The notes below the pieces were generated by a model. It was not told the DNA's origin. It ran no database searches and saw nothing but the letters and a program-made list of their open reading frames with translations. Shown in pieces: positions 8,750-19,016 of a stretch of DNA of 64,000 bases (positions are counted from its first letter, which is position 1; the number at the start of each line of letters is the position of its first letter). Origin of the DNA: Dehalococcoidia bacterium (lineage in GTDB: Bacteria; Chloroflexota; Dehalococcoidia; Bin125); contig CAXXSR010000001.1 of assembly GCA_963662615.2 (NCBI GenBank), positions 608,001-672,000 of the forward strand, read 5' to 3'. Both the position numbers and the translations under genes were made by a program.

Positions 8750-10141
8750 TCAGTGTTCGCGCAGCGCCGCCTGGAGCGCGCCGACGAGTGACGCCGTCTC
8801 GTCCTCGTCAACCGTGCGGGGATCCAACAGCACCGCGTCCCGTTCCACGCGCGCCACCACGGGCGGATCGCCCAAGCGCAGCCGCTCCGCCAGCCGCTGC
8901 GCCCTGCCGCCCTCGCGCCGCAGTGCCAAGACGGACGTGGGCAAGCTTTCGCCCGGCAGCGACCCCCCGCCGATCATCGACTGGCCCGCCTCAACGTCGC
9001 CCGCCCCCAACGCCAGCCGCCACCCCTCCGCGCGCTCGCGCATCGCTGCTGCCGGTGCGCTGATCATGCGCCAGACGGGGATCGCGGACTCCGCTTCCCC
9101 CAGCAGGTAGTGCCGCAGCGTCGCCGCCAGCCCGGCGATGGTGGTCTTGTCCGCCCGCAACGCCCGCGCCAGCGGGTGCCGTCTCAGTTGCGCCACCAGC
9201 GCCGCCCGGCCCACGATAATCCCCGCCTGCGGCCCGCCCAGCAGCTTGTCGCCGGAGAACATCACCAGGTCCGCCCCCGCCGCCAGGCTCTCCTGCGGCC
9301 TTGGCTCCGGCGCCAGCCCGAAGCGGCTGGTGTCCAGGAGGCAGCCGCTGCCGATGTCGTCCAGCAGCAGCGCCCCCGCCGCCGAGGCCACCGCCTGCAG
9401 CTCCGCCAGCGTGGGCTGCTCCGTGAAGCCCACGATGCGGAAGTTGCTGGCATGCACGCGCAGGATCGCGGCGGTGGCATCGCCCACGGCGCCCTCGTAG
9501 TCGAGCGCGTGGGTCCGGTTGGTCGTGCCCACCTCCACCAGCTTGGCGCCGCTCTGGCGGCAGACGTCGGGGATGCGGAAGCCCCCACCGATCTCCACCG
9601 CCTGCCCGCGACTCACGATCACCTCGCGCTCGCCCACGAGCGCCGAGAGCGCCAGCAGCAGCGCGGCGGCGTTGTTGTTCACCGCCATGCCGGCCTCGGC
9701 GCCGGTCACCTCGCGCAGGATCCGCTCCAGGTGCGCCAGCCGCGACCCGCGCTCGCCGGCCGTCAGATCGAACTCCAGATTGGAATAGCCGCGGCCCGCG
9801 GCGTTCATCGCCTCACGGGCGGCCGTGGAAAGCGGTGCGCGCCCCAGGTTCGTGTGCAGGATCACGCCGGTCGCGTTGATGACGGCGCGCAGCGACGGTG
9901 CCGCGCTGTCTTCCAGACTGCTCGCGACCGCCTCCGCCAGCGCCTCGATGCGGGGGGCCGCCGCGCCTCCCCCGCCATCGCCCGACGGCGCTGCGCCCGC
10001 GATCGTCGCGCGCGCCCGCTCCAAGACGGCGCGGCTGTGCGCCGTCACCCGCTCGGCAGGGAAGCGCTGCCGCGCCCCCTCCAGCGACGGGTGCTGCAGC
10101 AGTTGGTCGACGCTGGGTAAACCGCGATACGGATTGGACAT
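8750..10141 (-). CDS. selA: L-seryl-tRNA(Sec) selenium transferase
   Basis: VINATGVILHTNLGRAPL, YSNLEFDL, VNNNAAA, VEIGGGFRIPDV, EVGTTNRT, FSGDKLLGGPQAG. Confidence 0.96.
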   Translation of the reverse strand: MSNPYRGLPSVDQLLQHPSLEGARQRFPAERVTAHSRAVLERARATIAGAAPSGDGGGGAAAPRIEALAEAVASSLEDSAAPSLRAVINATGVILHTNLGRAPLSTAAREAMNAAGRGYSNLEFDLTAGERGSRLAHLERILREVTGAEAGMAVNNNAAALLLALSALVGEREVIVSRGQAVEIGGGFRIPDVCRQSGAKLVEVGTTNRTHALDYEGAVGDATAAILRVHASNFRIVGFTEQPTLAELQAVASAAGALLLDDIGSGCLLDTSRFGLAPEPRPQESLAAGADLVMFSGDKLLGGPQAGIIVGRAALVAQLRRHPLARALRADKTTIAGLAATLRHYLLGEAESAIPVWRMISAPAAAMRERAEGWRLALGAGDVEAGQSMIGGGSLPGESLPTSVLALRREGGRAQRLAERLRLGDPPVVARVERDAVLLDPRTVDEDETASLVGALQAALREH

Positions 10142-10237
10142 CGCGACTCTATGCTATCCGGCATCGTGGCTGCCGGGTTCGGTTGCTCCCCCGCTGAATG
10201 CGCTCGTATATTCATACCATGGTAGGAGGAGGCTGAG

Positions 10238-11356
10238 GTGGCCAACCTGCGCATTCCCGGCCCCACGCCCTGCCCTCCCGAGGTGCTGGAGGCCGCGGGC
10301 CGGCAGATGATCAACCATCGCGGGCCGGAGTTCGCCGCCCTTCTCGAGCGGGTCACGGAAGGGGTCCGGCCTCTCTTCGCCACCGCGCACGACATCCTCT
10401 TGCCAACCTGCAGCGGCACGGGGGCGCTGGAAGCGGCGGTGGTGAACACGCTCTCTCCTGGCGACGCCGTGCTCGCCGTCAGCATGGGCGCCTTCGGCGA
10501 CCGTTTCGCCGGCATCGCCGAGGCCTACGGCGCCGCAGTGACCAGGATCGAGGTTGAGTGGGGGCGGGCGGTCGAGCCGGACGCGGTCCGCGACGCCGTA
10601 CGCGCCGGCGATTATCGCGCCGTGCTGGTCACCCACAACGAGACCTCTACCGGCGTGGTGAATCCGCTCGCGGAGATCTGCGACGCGATCCACGCGGAGA
10701 GCGACGCGCTCATCCTTGTCGATGCGGTCTCCAGCCTGGGCTGCGTCCCCTTCCTCACCGATGCCTGGGGCGTCGACATTGTCGTCACCGGCTCGCAGAA
10801 GGGCTGGGGGGCGCCGCCCGGCCTGGCCATGGCGGCGGTGAGTCCCAAGGCCTGGGCCGCCTCCGAGCGCGCCACCATGCCCCGCTTCTATCTGGACCTG
10901 AAGAAGCACAAGGAGTATGCGGCGATCGGCCAGTGTCCCTGGACGCCGGCGCTGTCCGTCTTTTTCGCTCTCGACGTCGTGCTCGAACGGATGGCCGCCG
11001 AGGGGCCCGAAGCGATCTACGCCCGCCACGCGCGAATTGCCGCGCGCACCCGCGACGGGGTGCGGGCGCTCGGCCTTGAACTCTTCGCGGAGGAGCGCTG
11101 CGCCTCCAAGACCGTCACCGCCGTACGCGTGCCGGACGGCGGTGACGGCAAGGCCCTGACGGCGCTGCTGCGGGAGAAGTACGACACGGTGGTGGCCGGC
11201 GGCCAGGCGAAGCTGGCCGGTAAGATCTTTCGCCTGGGGCACATGGGCTGGGTGCAGGACGCCGACATGGACGCCGCCCTCGACGCCGTCCGCCGCGCCC
11301 TCGCCGACCTCGGCTTCGTGGCCCCGGCCGGCTCCCTGGCCCGGTCGCGCTCCTGA
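10238..11356 (+). CDS. Class V PLP aminotransferase (AGT/serine-pyruvate family), probably acting as phosphoserine aminotransferase
   Basis: IPGPTP, NHRGPEF, SGTGALEA, HNETSTG, DAVSS, TGSQKG; directly upstream of serA. Confidence 0.88.
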   Translation: MANLRIPGPTPCPPEVLEAAGRQMINHRGPEFAALLERVTEGVRPLFATAHDILLPTCSGTGALEAAVVNTLSPGDAVLAVSMGAFGDRFAGIAEAYGAAVTRIEVEWGRAVEPDAVRDAVRAGDYRAVLVTHNETSTGVVNPLAEICDAIHAESDALILVDAVSSLGCVPFLTDAWGVDIVVTGSQKGWGAPPGLAMAAVSPKAWAASERATMPRFYLDLKKHKEYAAIGQCPWTPALSVFFALDVVLERMAAEGPEAIYARHARIAARTRDGVRALGLELFAEERCASKTVTAVRVPDGGDGKALTALLREKYDTVVAGGQAKLAGKIFRLGHMGWVQDADMDAALDAVRRALADLGFVAPAGSLARSRS

Positions 11357-11370
11357 CGCGAAACGATTCC

Positions 11371-12966
11371 ATGAGCGGACGCATCCTCGTCGCTGACCCC
11401 ATTGCCCAAGAGGGGGTGGAGCTGCTCTCGCAGTACGGCCCCGTAGACGTGCGCACGGGGATGACCCCGGCAGAGCTGCTCGCGGCGGTTCGCGATTACG
11501 ACGGCCTCGTCGTCCGCAGCGAGACGCAGGTCAGCGGCGCCGTCATCGCCGCCGCCGACGCGCTGCGCGTCATCGGCCGTGCCGGCGTGGGCGTGGACAA
11601 CATCGATCTCGACGCGGCCACCGAGCGCGGCATCGTGGTGGTCAACGCGCCCGCGGGCAGCACCGTCTCCGCCGCCGAACTCACCATCGCCCTGCTCCTC
11701 GCCCTCAGCCGCCACGTCGTCGCCGCCGACGCCAGCCTGCGCGGCGGCGAATGGGACCGGCACGCCTTTATCGGCGTCGAGCTGCGCGGCAAGACGGCAG
11801 GGATCATCGGCCTGGGCCAGGTGGGCTCGGCCCTCGCCCGACGCCTGCTGGCGATGGAGATGACGGTCGTGGCGCATGACCCCTTCGTGCCGCAGGAACG
11901 GGCGCGGGTCCTGGGCCTGGAGCTGCTGGAGCTGGACGAGCTTCTGGGACGGTCCGACGTCGTCGCGCTCCACACCACGCTGGCACCCGGTGCGCCGCCC
12001 CTCCTGGGCCGCGATCAGCTGGCCCTGATGAAGCCGGGCTCCCGGCTGATCAATACGGCTCGCGGCGGCTTGGTGGATGAAGCGGCACTGCTCGACGCCC
12101 TCAATTCCGGACGTCTGGCCGGCGCCGCCGTGGACGTCTTCGCCGTCGAGCCGGCCCAGGACAGCCCTCTCGTGCGCCATCCCCACGTCGTCTGCACCCC
12201 GCATCTGGGCGCCTCCACGCAGGAGGCGCAGGAGCGCGTGGCCGTGGATGTCGCCCGCGAGATGCTGCGCGTCCTGGAGGGCAAGCCGGCCACCACGGCG
12301 GTCAACGCCCCCTTCGTCGATCCCGAATCGCTCACCATCGTCGGTCCCTACCTCGTCGTGGCGGAGATGGTGGGGACCCTGACCACGCAACTCGCCGAGG
12401 GCCAGTGGCACTCCCTCCGCATCCACTACCAGGGCGAGATCGCCAATCACGACGTCACCGCCCTTAAGGCGGCCGCCATCGCCGGCCTCCTCGCCACCAT
12501 CAGCGAGGAGCGCGTCAACCTGGTCTCCGTGAACAACATCATCGCCCAGCGGGGCTGGCAGGTGACCGAGGAGAAAGCGCCCGACGCCGGCTTCTACGCC
12601 AACCTGATCACGGTCCGCCTCACGACCTCCGGCGGCGACGTCCGCGTCTCCGGCACGCTGGTCCACGGCGAACCGCGCATCGTTGAGATCGACGGCTTTC
12701 GCGTCGACGTCGCCCGCAACCCGCACCATCCCGGCCATGCCCACATCCTGCTCCTCCACAACGAGGACCGCCCCGGCCGCGTTGGCGCCGTCGGCACCGC
12801 CCTGGGCGCCATGGAGGTGAACATCAGCGCCATGGACGTGGGCAAGCGCGACCGCTCCGGCAGCGCCATCATGGTCCTCACGGTCGATCGCGCTCTTACC
12901 GCCGGCGAGCAGCGCAGCATCGCTGCCATTGCCGGCATTGAGGCGGTCAAGCAGGCCGAGATCTGA
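11371..12966 (+). CDS. serA: D-3-phosphoglycerate dehydrogenase (long type with ASB and ACT domains)
   Basis: GRAGVGVDNID, GLGQVG, INTARGGLVDE, TPHLGASTQEAQ, C-terminal NEDRPG ACT domain. Confidence 0.95.
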   Translation: MSGRILVADPIAQEGVELLSQYGPVDVRTGMTPAELLAAVRDYDGLVVRSETQVSGAVIAAADALRVIGRAGVGVDNIDLDAATERGIVVVNAPAGSTVSAAELTIALLLALSRHVVAADASLRGGEWDRHAFIGVELRGKTAGIIGLGQVGSALARRLLAMEMTVVAHDPFVPQERARVLGLELLELDELLGRSDVVALHTTLAPGAPPLLGRDQLALMKPGSRLINTARGGLVDEAALLDALNSGRLAGAAVDVFAVEPAQDSPLVRHPHVVCTPHLGASTQEAQERVAVDVAREMLRVLEGKPATTAVNAPFVDPESLTIVGPYLVVAEMVGTLTTQLAEGQWHSLRIHYQGEIANHDVTALKAAAIAGLLATISEERVNLVSVNNIIAQRGWQVTEEKAPDAGFYANLITVRLTTSGGDVRVSGTLVHGEPRIVEIDGFRVDVARNPHHPGHAHILLLHNEDRPGRVGAVGTALGAMEVNISAMDVGKRDRSGSAIMVLTVDRALTAGEQRSIAAIAGIEAVKQAEI

Positions 12967-12975
12967 CCCGCGCCC

Positions 12976-14274
12976 TCAGTCGAACGGGTGCAGCACCAGG
13001 CCGGTCGGCAACTTGGGCGTGAAGAAGGTGCTCTTCTGCGGCATGCGCTCACCCGCGTCGGCGGCGGCGAAGACGTGCGAGAGGGCCGGCGGGCGCAGCA
13101 GGAAGGCGACGCGGGCGCGCCCCTCCACCACCGCCTCGTACGTCGCCGCCGCGTCGTGCGAATAGGTCACGGCCGCGCCCGCTCGCAGCGCGGCCTCGTC
13201 AATGCCGAACAGCGGCTCCAGGATCAGGGTCTGCAGCAGCGCCGTCCCCACGCCCGCCCACGACGCAGGCAGCCCGCGCGGCATCGCCGCGCGCGTCCGT
13301 TCATCCGCCACCAGCAGCTGAACGTGCTCACGGTCGAGGCCCACCGCCGCGATCGCCGTCTCTCCTCCCGCAGTTCCATCCAGGGCGCGCAGGAGCGGCT
13401 CCGCCCCCTCGCCGGCGGCGCCCACGCTGCGGATCTGAAACAGATCGCCGATCCGCGCCACGACGTCGGGCGGCGGCTCCACCTGCACCAGCCGATGCGT
13501 CGCGCCCACGATCAGCCCGGGGTCGTCCGCCCGCACGATGCCGATCAGCACGAAGTTGGCCGCCGCATCGTGGTTCCATTCCGCGCCCGCGGCCGCGGCG
13601 CAGCGATCGCGGTGGGCAAGCGCGGACTCGTACCGGTGATGCCCGTCGGCGATGTACAGCGTTTCGCCGCCGAGGGCGCTCTCCAGCGCCCGCACCGATC
13701 CCGGATCGTCAAGGATGCGCAGCGTGTGCCGCTCACCGCTGCCGTCCATGCCCTCCGCCGCCGCTTCCACCGCCTTCGCCACTGCCAACGCCGCCTCCAG
13801 CGCCTCGCCCACCCGGCCCCGGCGGTCCGCGACGAGCGCGAGCAGCGGCGAGACGTCGGCGCCCACGGCCTCCCGCAGACGCAGCCGCTCTTCCTTGGGA
13901 CCGGACATGGTCTCTTCATGCGGGGCCACGCCGCCCTCGTGCCACGGCGCCAGGCGGACGGCGGCGTAGAGGCAGGTCCGCGCGCGCTCGCGGCCGCCGT
14001 GCCGGAACCGATGCTCCTCAACGTAGAACGCCGGCGCCCCGTCCCGACGCAGCACGCCCTCGCGTCGCCACTGCCGCAGACGCGCCGCCGCGGCCGCGAC
14101 GCCATCCGCGCCCGCCGGGGATTCGATGTGCGTGATCTGGTACGGGCTCCGCGCCAGGAGGTCGGCGCGCTCCTCGGCGTCGATCACGTCGTAGGGAGGG
14201 CCCAACAGCGTCGCCCAGTCCGGCGCCGCGCGGCTGTCGTAACGCAGGGCGCGAAACGGTCGCACGTCGGCCAT
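12976..14274 (-). CDS. DUF1015 family protein
   Basis: VRPFRALRY, PPYDVI, PHEET, YIADGHHRY, MPQKSTFFTPKLPTGL. Confidence 0.9.
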   Translation of the reverse strand: MADVRPFRALRYDSRAAPDWATLLGPPYDVIDAEERADLLARSPYQITHIESPAGADGVAAAAARLRQWRREGVLRRDGAPAFYVEEHRFRHGGRERARTCLYAAVRLAPWHEGGVAPHEETMSGPKEERLRLREAVGADVSPLLALVADRRGRVGEALEAALAVAKAVEAAAEGMDGSGERHTLRILDDPGSVRALESALGGETLYIADGHHRYESALAHRDRCAAAAGAEWNHDAAANFVLIGIVRADDPGLIVGATHRLVQVEPPPDVVARIGDLFQIRSVGAAGEGAEPLLRALDGTAGGETAIAAVGLDREHVQLLVADERTRAAMPRGLPASWAGVGTALLQTLILEPLFGIDEAALRAGAAVTYSHDAAATYEAVVEGRARVAFLLRPPALSHVFAAADAGERMPQKSTFFTPKLPTGLVLHPFD

Positions 14275-14323
14275 CGGGCGGCGCTCCTGCCGGGAGGATA
14301 GCGGCGCCGCCGGGGCCGCCGCG

Positions 14324-15061
14324 CTAGCCGCTCGCCGTCGCCTCGCTCGCTTCGGCGATGGCCGTCTCTTGCAGGGCGAACAGCTCCGCCAGCCCCGGCT
14401 CCGCGATGTCCAACAGCCGTCCCATCAGCTCGCGGGAGAACGGCTTGCCCTCCGCCGTCCCCTGCACTTCCACGTAGTCGCCCTTCGCCGTCTTGACGAC
14501 GTTGAAATCCACCGCCGCCGCCGAGTCCTCCTCGTAGCAGAGGTCCAGCAGCGCCTCGCCCCCCACAACGCCCACGCTGGTCCCCGCCACGGCGCCCGCC
14601 AGCGGCACCGCGCTCAGCGCTCCCGCCTCCACGAGTCGCTGCATCGCCAGGGAGAGCGCCACGTAACTGCCCGTGATCGCGGCGGTGCGGGTGCCGCCAT
14701 CGGCCTGCAGCACGTCGCAGTCGACGGTGAAGGTGCGCTCGCCCAGAATGTCCAAGTTCGTCACCGCCCGCAGGCTGCGACCGATCAGCCGCTGGATTTC
14801 GTGGGTGCGTCCGCCAATCCGCCCCGTCTCCCGCGGCGACCGCACGTTCGTGCTGCGCGGCAGCATGGCGTACTCCGCCGTCACCCAACCGGCCCCGGTC
14901 CCTCGCAGGAAAGCGGGCGTCCTGTCTTCCACCGAGACGGCGCAAAGCACCTTGGTCAGCCCCAAGCTGATCAGGACGGAGCCCTCGGCGTTCCGCTGGT
15001 AGCCGGTCTCGATCTGCACCGGCCGCAGCTCCCCAGCCTGGCGGCCATCTCCGCGCGACAT
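14324..15061 (-). CDS. rph: Ribonuclease PH
   Basis: [56 protein letters not shown]. Confidence 0.96.
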   Translation of the reverse strand: MSRGDGRQAGELRPVQIETGYQRNAEGSVLISLGLTKVLCAVSVEDRTPAFLRGTGAGWVTAEYAMLPRSTNVRSPRETGRIGGRTHEIQRLIGRSLRAVTNLDILGERTFTVDCDVLQADGGTRTAAITGSYVALSLAMQRLVEAGALSAVPLAGAVAGTSVGVVGGEALLDLCYEEDSAAAVDFNVVKTAKGDYVEVQGTAEGKPFSRELMGRLLDIAEPGLAELFALQETAIAEASEATASG

Positions 15062-15124
15062 GGCTCTGAGTGTAGCCGCCACTGCCCGCTACCGCCCGCC
15101 ACCGCCCTCCGCCGCCCGCGCCGC

Positions 15125-17524
15125 TCACCTTCGCGAGACGACGCGGATCGATTCGCCGTCGCTGCGCAGGACGATGGTCCCGTCCTCGTCGGTGCGGAGC
15201 AGCATCGTCTCCGCCAACCGTGACAGCACCTCGGGATGCGGATGCCCGAAACGATTGCCCGCTCCCACCGTGATCACGGCGACGCTGGGACGCACCCGCC
15301 GCAGGAACAGGTCGGTGCTGGAGGTGGCGCTGCCGTGATGCGCGACTTTGAGGACAGTGGCTTGCAGGCTCCAGCCCTGCTGAGCCAACAGCAGCTCCCG
15401 CTCCGCTTCAATGTCCGCCGCCAGCAGGAAGGAGACCTCTCCGTACCGCAGCCGCAGCACCACGGCCCCGTTGTTGAGGTTGTCGCCGGCGGCGGCAGCC
15501 GTGGGCTCCAGCGGACCCAATACATCCACCAGCGCGCCCTCCCCCAGGTCCAGCAGCGTGCCCGGCTCCGCGGCGCGGACAGGGACACCGCGCGCCGACG
15601 CTACCGCCGTCAGCCGCCGGCCGATCTCGGTCCGGTCGTTCAGCGGTGCAACGATCAGCTCCCCCACCTGGAAGCGGTCCAGCACCGCGAAGAGCCCGTT
15701 CACATGATCCGCCTGGGGATGCGTGGCGACGACCAAGTCCAGCGACCGCCGCCCGGCCGGGAGCGCGTCGGCCAGCTCGCCAAGGAGCCGCACGCCGTCC
15801 GGCCCGCCGTCCACGAGCAACGTTCCGCCCGACGGAGCGATCGCCAAGAGCGCGTCGCCCTGGCCGACATCGAGCACGTGCACTTCCAGCGACTCGCCCT
15901 CGCCGGCGGCGACCGCGTTCCGGACAATGATGTTCACCGCGATCAGGATGGCGGCCACGACCGCCGCCATCCCTGTGTCCGGGACCGGCAGGCGGCGAAA
16001 AGCGCCGGCCGCCGCGGGCAACGGCAGCGGCCCCGCCCGCTGCAGCCAGACGGCGCCAGCGCCCAGCGCCGCGTACCAGACGAGCGCATGCTCCAGCCCG
16101 AACCCGTCGACGGCGGCGCTGGCGAAGGGCAGAGCCGCCAAGCGCTCCGCCACCTCCACGAACCACGACAGGGGCAGCCAGGACAGCACCCAGCCGGCGC
16201 CCGTGCCCAGGCCGGCGTCAATGCTTCCCAAGATCGCGGTGGCCAGACTGCCCAGGAAGATCAGTGGGAAGGCGGGCACCACCAGGAGATTGGCCGGCAG
16301 GGCGACCAGGGAGATACGGCCGAAGTGCAGCGCGATCAGCGGCAGGGTCGCCGCCACGGCCGTCACCGTCACCACCCCCGTCTCGATCACGAACCCGGTC
16401 GCCACGTCGCCGGCCGAGCGCCGCGCGCGGTCCAGGCGCAGGCGGCGCTCAAGGCGCTGCCGCAGCGGCGCCGCCATCAGTGCCAACGCCGCTGTGGAGA
16501 CGAACGAGAGCTGGAACGAGAGATCGTCAACGACGCCGGGCGAGACCGCGACCATCACCGCCGCCGCCAGGGCGATGGCGGGCACGGCGGTGCTGCGTCG
16601 GCCCGCGACGCCGGCCAACAAGAGCATGCTCGCCATGATCGCTGCCCGCACCACCGGCGCCTCTGCGCCCACGAACACCGTGTACGCGCCGATCACCGCC
16701 AGGGCGAGCCAGACCGCCCGCCGCCTGCCGATCAGCCCGGCGGCGCTCGCCACCACCAGGAGCGCCAGCAGGGTCACATTGCTGCCGGAGATCACCACCA
16801 GGTGCGTGAGCCCAGTGTCGCGGAGATCGCTTTCCAGGTCGGGCGCCAGGCTGTCCCGCCGCCCCGTGACGATCCCCTGGGCCAGCCCCGCCAGCGGCTC
16901 GTCCAGCGACCGCGCCAGCGCCGCGTCCATGTCGGCCCGCGCCGCGGAGACGGTGGCCCGTAGCGAATTCCCCTGCCCCTGCGCCAGCGTCTCCACGTCC
17001 GTAAAGGAGCCCGTCGCCGCGATCCCGCGCGTGGCCAGATAATCGGCGAAGGCGCGACCGGCCGCCGATGTCGGCTCCCGCAGCGTCGCCCGTCCGCGCA
17101 CGCGGTCCCCATAGCGGTAGTCCGGGCCCAACGGCGTCCACAGGCGCACATCGCCCCGGGCGGCGACCCGCTCGCCACCGAGCGCAAGCGCCTCCACAGC
17201 CACCCGCAACTCCTGCGTGGAGCCACGCACCGTCGGGTCGGACACCACCACGCCCGTGAGCTGCACCGTGCGTCCCAGGGCCAGCGACGCCACATTGCCC
17301 AAGTCGGGTTGACCGTCGTCTGCGCGCACCAGGCCCAGTGCGAACAGCGTGGCGACGCTCACGCCCAGCAGGGCCCGCGCGCGACCGCCGCGCAGCGCCA
17401 AGACTCCCGCTCCTGCCGCGACCGCCACAACCGCGCCGACCGCCACGGCGGCGGAGTCAAAGCCGCTGGCCACGGCGACACCGGCAAAGAAGGCCAAGGA
17501 GAGGATCAGCAAGGGTGCGATCAC
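15125..17524 (-). CDS. comEC: DNA uptake protein ComEC/Rec2 (OB, competence and MBL domains)
   Basis: GLTHLVVISGSN, SFQLSF, LDVGQGDA, THPQADHVNG, KVAHHGS, NRFGHPH. GTG start overlaps the comEA stop. Confidence 0.93.
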   Translation of the reverse strand: MIAPLLILSLAFFAGVAVASGFDSAAVAVGAVVAVAAGAGVLALRGGRARALLGVSVATLFALGLVRADDGQPDLGNVASLALGRTVQLTGVVVSDPTVRGSTQELRVAVEALALGGERVAARGDVRLWTPLGPDYRYGDRVRGRATLREPTSAAGRAFADYLATRGIAATGSFTDVETLAQGQGNSLRATVSAARADMDAALARSLDEPLAGLAQGIVTGRRDSLAPDLESDLRDTGLTHLVVISGSNVTLLALLVVASAAGLIGRRRAVWLALAVIGAYTVFVGAEAPVVRAAIMASMLLLAGVAGRRSTAVPAIALAAAVMVAVSPGVVDDLSFQLSFVSTAALALMAAPLRQRLERRLRLDRARRSAGDVATGFVIETGVVTVTAVAATLPLIALHFGRISLVALPANLLVVPAFPLIFLGSLATAILGSIDAGLGTGAGWVLSWLPLSWFVEVAERLAALPFASAAVDGFGLEHALVWYAALGAGAVWLQRAGPLPLPAAAGAFRRLPVPDTGMAAVVAAILIAVNIIVRNAVAAGEGESLEVHVLDVGQGDALLAIAPSGGTLLVDGGPDGVRLLGELADALPAGRRSLDLVVATHPQADHVNGLFAVLDRFQVGELIVAPLNDRTEIGRRLTAVASARGVPVRAAEPGTLLDLGEGALVDVLGPLEPTAAAAGDNLNNGAVVLRLRYGEVSFLLAADIEAERELLLAQQGWSLQATVLKVAHHGSATSSTDLFLRRVRPSVAVITVGAGNRFGHPHPEVLSRLAETMLLRTDEDGTIVLRSDGESIRVVSRR

Positions 17525-17886
17525 GGTCGCACCCCGGCGACGCGAACCAGCCCTTCGGCCACCGAGCGCGGCAAGACGCCCCGCTCCGCGACCTCGCCCA
17601 GCGACGCGAAGGGGTTCGCGGCGCGAGCGTCCATGATCGCGCGCGCCCGCTGCGCGCCGATGCCCGGCAGCGCCTCCAGCTCGGCCAGCGAGGCCCGGTT
17701 CAGGTCGACCAGCCGCGCCGGTGCAACCTCCACGGGCAGCGGCTGAGGGCGCTCGGCCGGGGCGTAGACGTGCACGGCCGCCCCCGCGCCGTCGGCTCCG
17801 ACCGCCAGCACCAACAGCCCGGCGATCAGGACGATGACCAGGGTGATCGCCGGCCACCACAGCGGCCGGCGCCACCATGCCGCCAC
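17521..17886 (-). CDS. comEA: ComEA-like DNA receptor (TM helix plus HhH)
   Basis: N-terminal hydrophobic helix; VDLNRASLAELEALPGIGAQRARAI; directly upstream of comEC. Confidence 0.88.
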   Translation of the reverse strand: MAAWWRRPLWWPAITLVIVLIAGLLVLAVGADGAGAAVHVYAPAERPQPLPVEVAPARLVDLNRASLAELEALPGIGAQRARAIMDARAANPFASLGEVAERGVLPRSVAEGLVRVAGVRP

Positions 17887-17991
17887 GTTGACGCCTCCCC
17901 CGCGCCGGCGCGCGCACCGTCATCAGCGGCGCTGTGGCTGAGCGGAGACGTGAGTATAGTGGGCGGACGCAGGCGCCGGCGGGAAGGTGTC

Positions 17992-18909
17992 GTGAAGGGT
18001 CGTTCGCTCCTTGCCATCACGGATCTGACGCCGGCGGAGATCGGGGCGCTGCTGGATACGGCCGCGGCGCAAAAGCGGACGCCGGAGGGACCGCATCGGC
18101 GCGACCTGGCGGGCAAGACCGTGACCCTGCTCTTCGACAAACCGTCGCTACGGACCCGCGTCTCCTTCGAAGTCGCCGCCCGGCGGCTCGGCGCCGACTC
18201 CCTCTACCTCTCCCCTCCCGAAGTCGCCCTGGGCGTCCGCGAACCGGTGAAGGACGTGGCCCGCGTCCTCAGCCGTTACTGCGACGCGATCATCTGTCGC
18301 ACCTCCGGCCAGGAGAAGCTGGCGGAGATGGCGCGCTACGCCTCCGTTCCCGTCATCAACGCGCTCTCCGACTGGGAGCATCCCTGTCAGTCGCTGGCGG
18401 ACCTCCTCACCATCCGCGAGCACGGCGGCGCCCAAGGGCGCACGCTGGCCTTCCTTGGCGACGGCAACAACGTGGCGCGATCGCTGGCGCTGACGGCCGC
18501 GTCAGAAGGGATGCATTTCCGCATCGCCACGCCGTCGCAACATGAGCTGGACGCCGCCACCCTGGCGGAGGCCGCCCGCCGCGCCGCCGCGAGCGGGGGC
18601 AGCGTGACGGCGTTGCGCGCCCCTGAGGAGGCTGTAGACGGCGCCGACGTCGTCTACACCGACGTCTGGACCAGCATGGGCCAGGAACGCGAAGCGAAAG
18701 TGCGTCGCGCCCATTTCGCCGGCTACCAAGTGACAGGCGAACTGCTGCAACGCGCCCACCCGGGCGCCATCTTCATGCATGATCTCCCCGCCCATCGGGG
18801 GGAAGAGGTGAGCGACGACGCCATTGAGAGCGCGCAGTCCGTCGTCTTTGACCAGGCGGAGAACCGTCTCCATGCGCAACAGGCCCTCCTCTGGCATCTG
18901 GTGCGGTAG
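17992..18909 (+). CDS. argF: Ornithine carbamoyltransferase
   Basis: FDKPSLRTRVSFE, HPCQSLAD, GDGNNVA, YTDVWTSMGQE, FMHDLPAHRG, QAENRLH. Confidence 0.95.
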   Translation: MKGRSLLAITDLTPAEIGALLDTAAAQKRTPEGPHRRDLAGKTVTLLFDKPSLRTRVSFEVAARRLGADSLYLSPPEVALGVREPVKDVARVLSRYCDAIICRTSGQEKLAEMARYASVPVINALSDWEHPCQSLADLLTIREHGGAQGRTLAFLGDGNNVARSLALTAASEGMHFRIATPSQHELDAATLAEAARRAAASGGSVTALRAPEEAVDGADVVYTDVWTSMGQEREAKVRRAHFAGYQVTGELLQRAHPGAIFMHDLPAHRGEEVSDDAIESAQSVVFDQAENRLHAQQALLWHLVR

Positions 18910-19016
18910 CATGAGGGTCCGGGGCGGCGACGGGCCCCGAGAGCGCGGCGGTCGGGCGAGCGGCTCGCTTTCCGCTACGGGCGGAGAGCGGGGACGGCTG
19001 CCGGGGACGGCCGGCG

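Noticed and set aside
8750-10141. Selenoprotein gene or tRNA-Sec near selA
   Set aside because: No recognised gene is interrupted by TGA at a Cys-equivalent position and no selC-like structure was seen.
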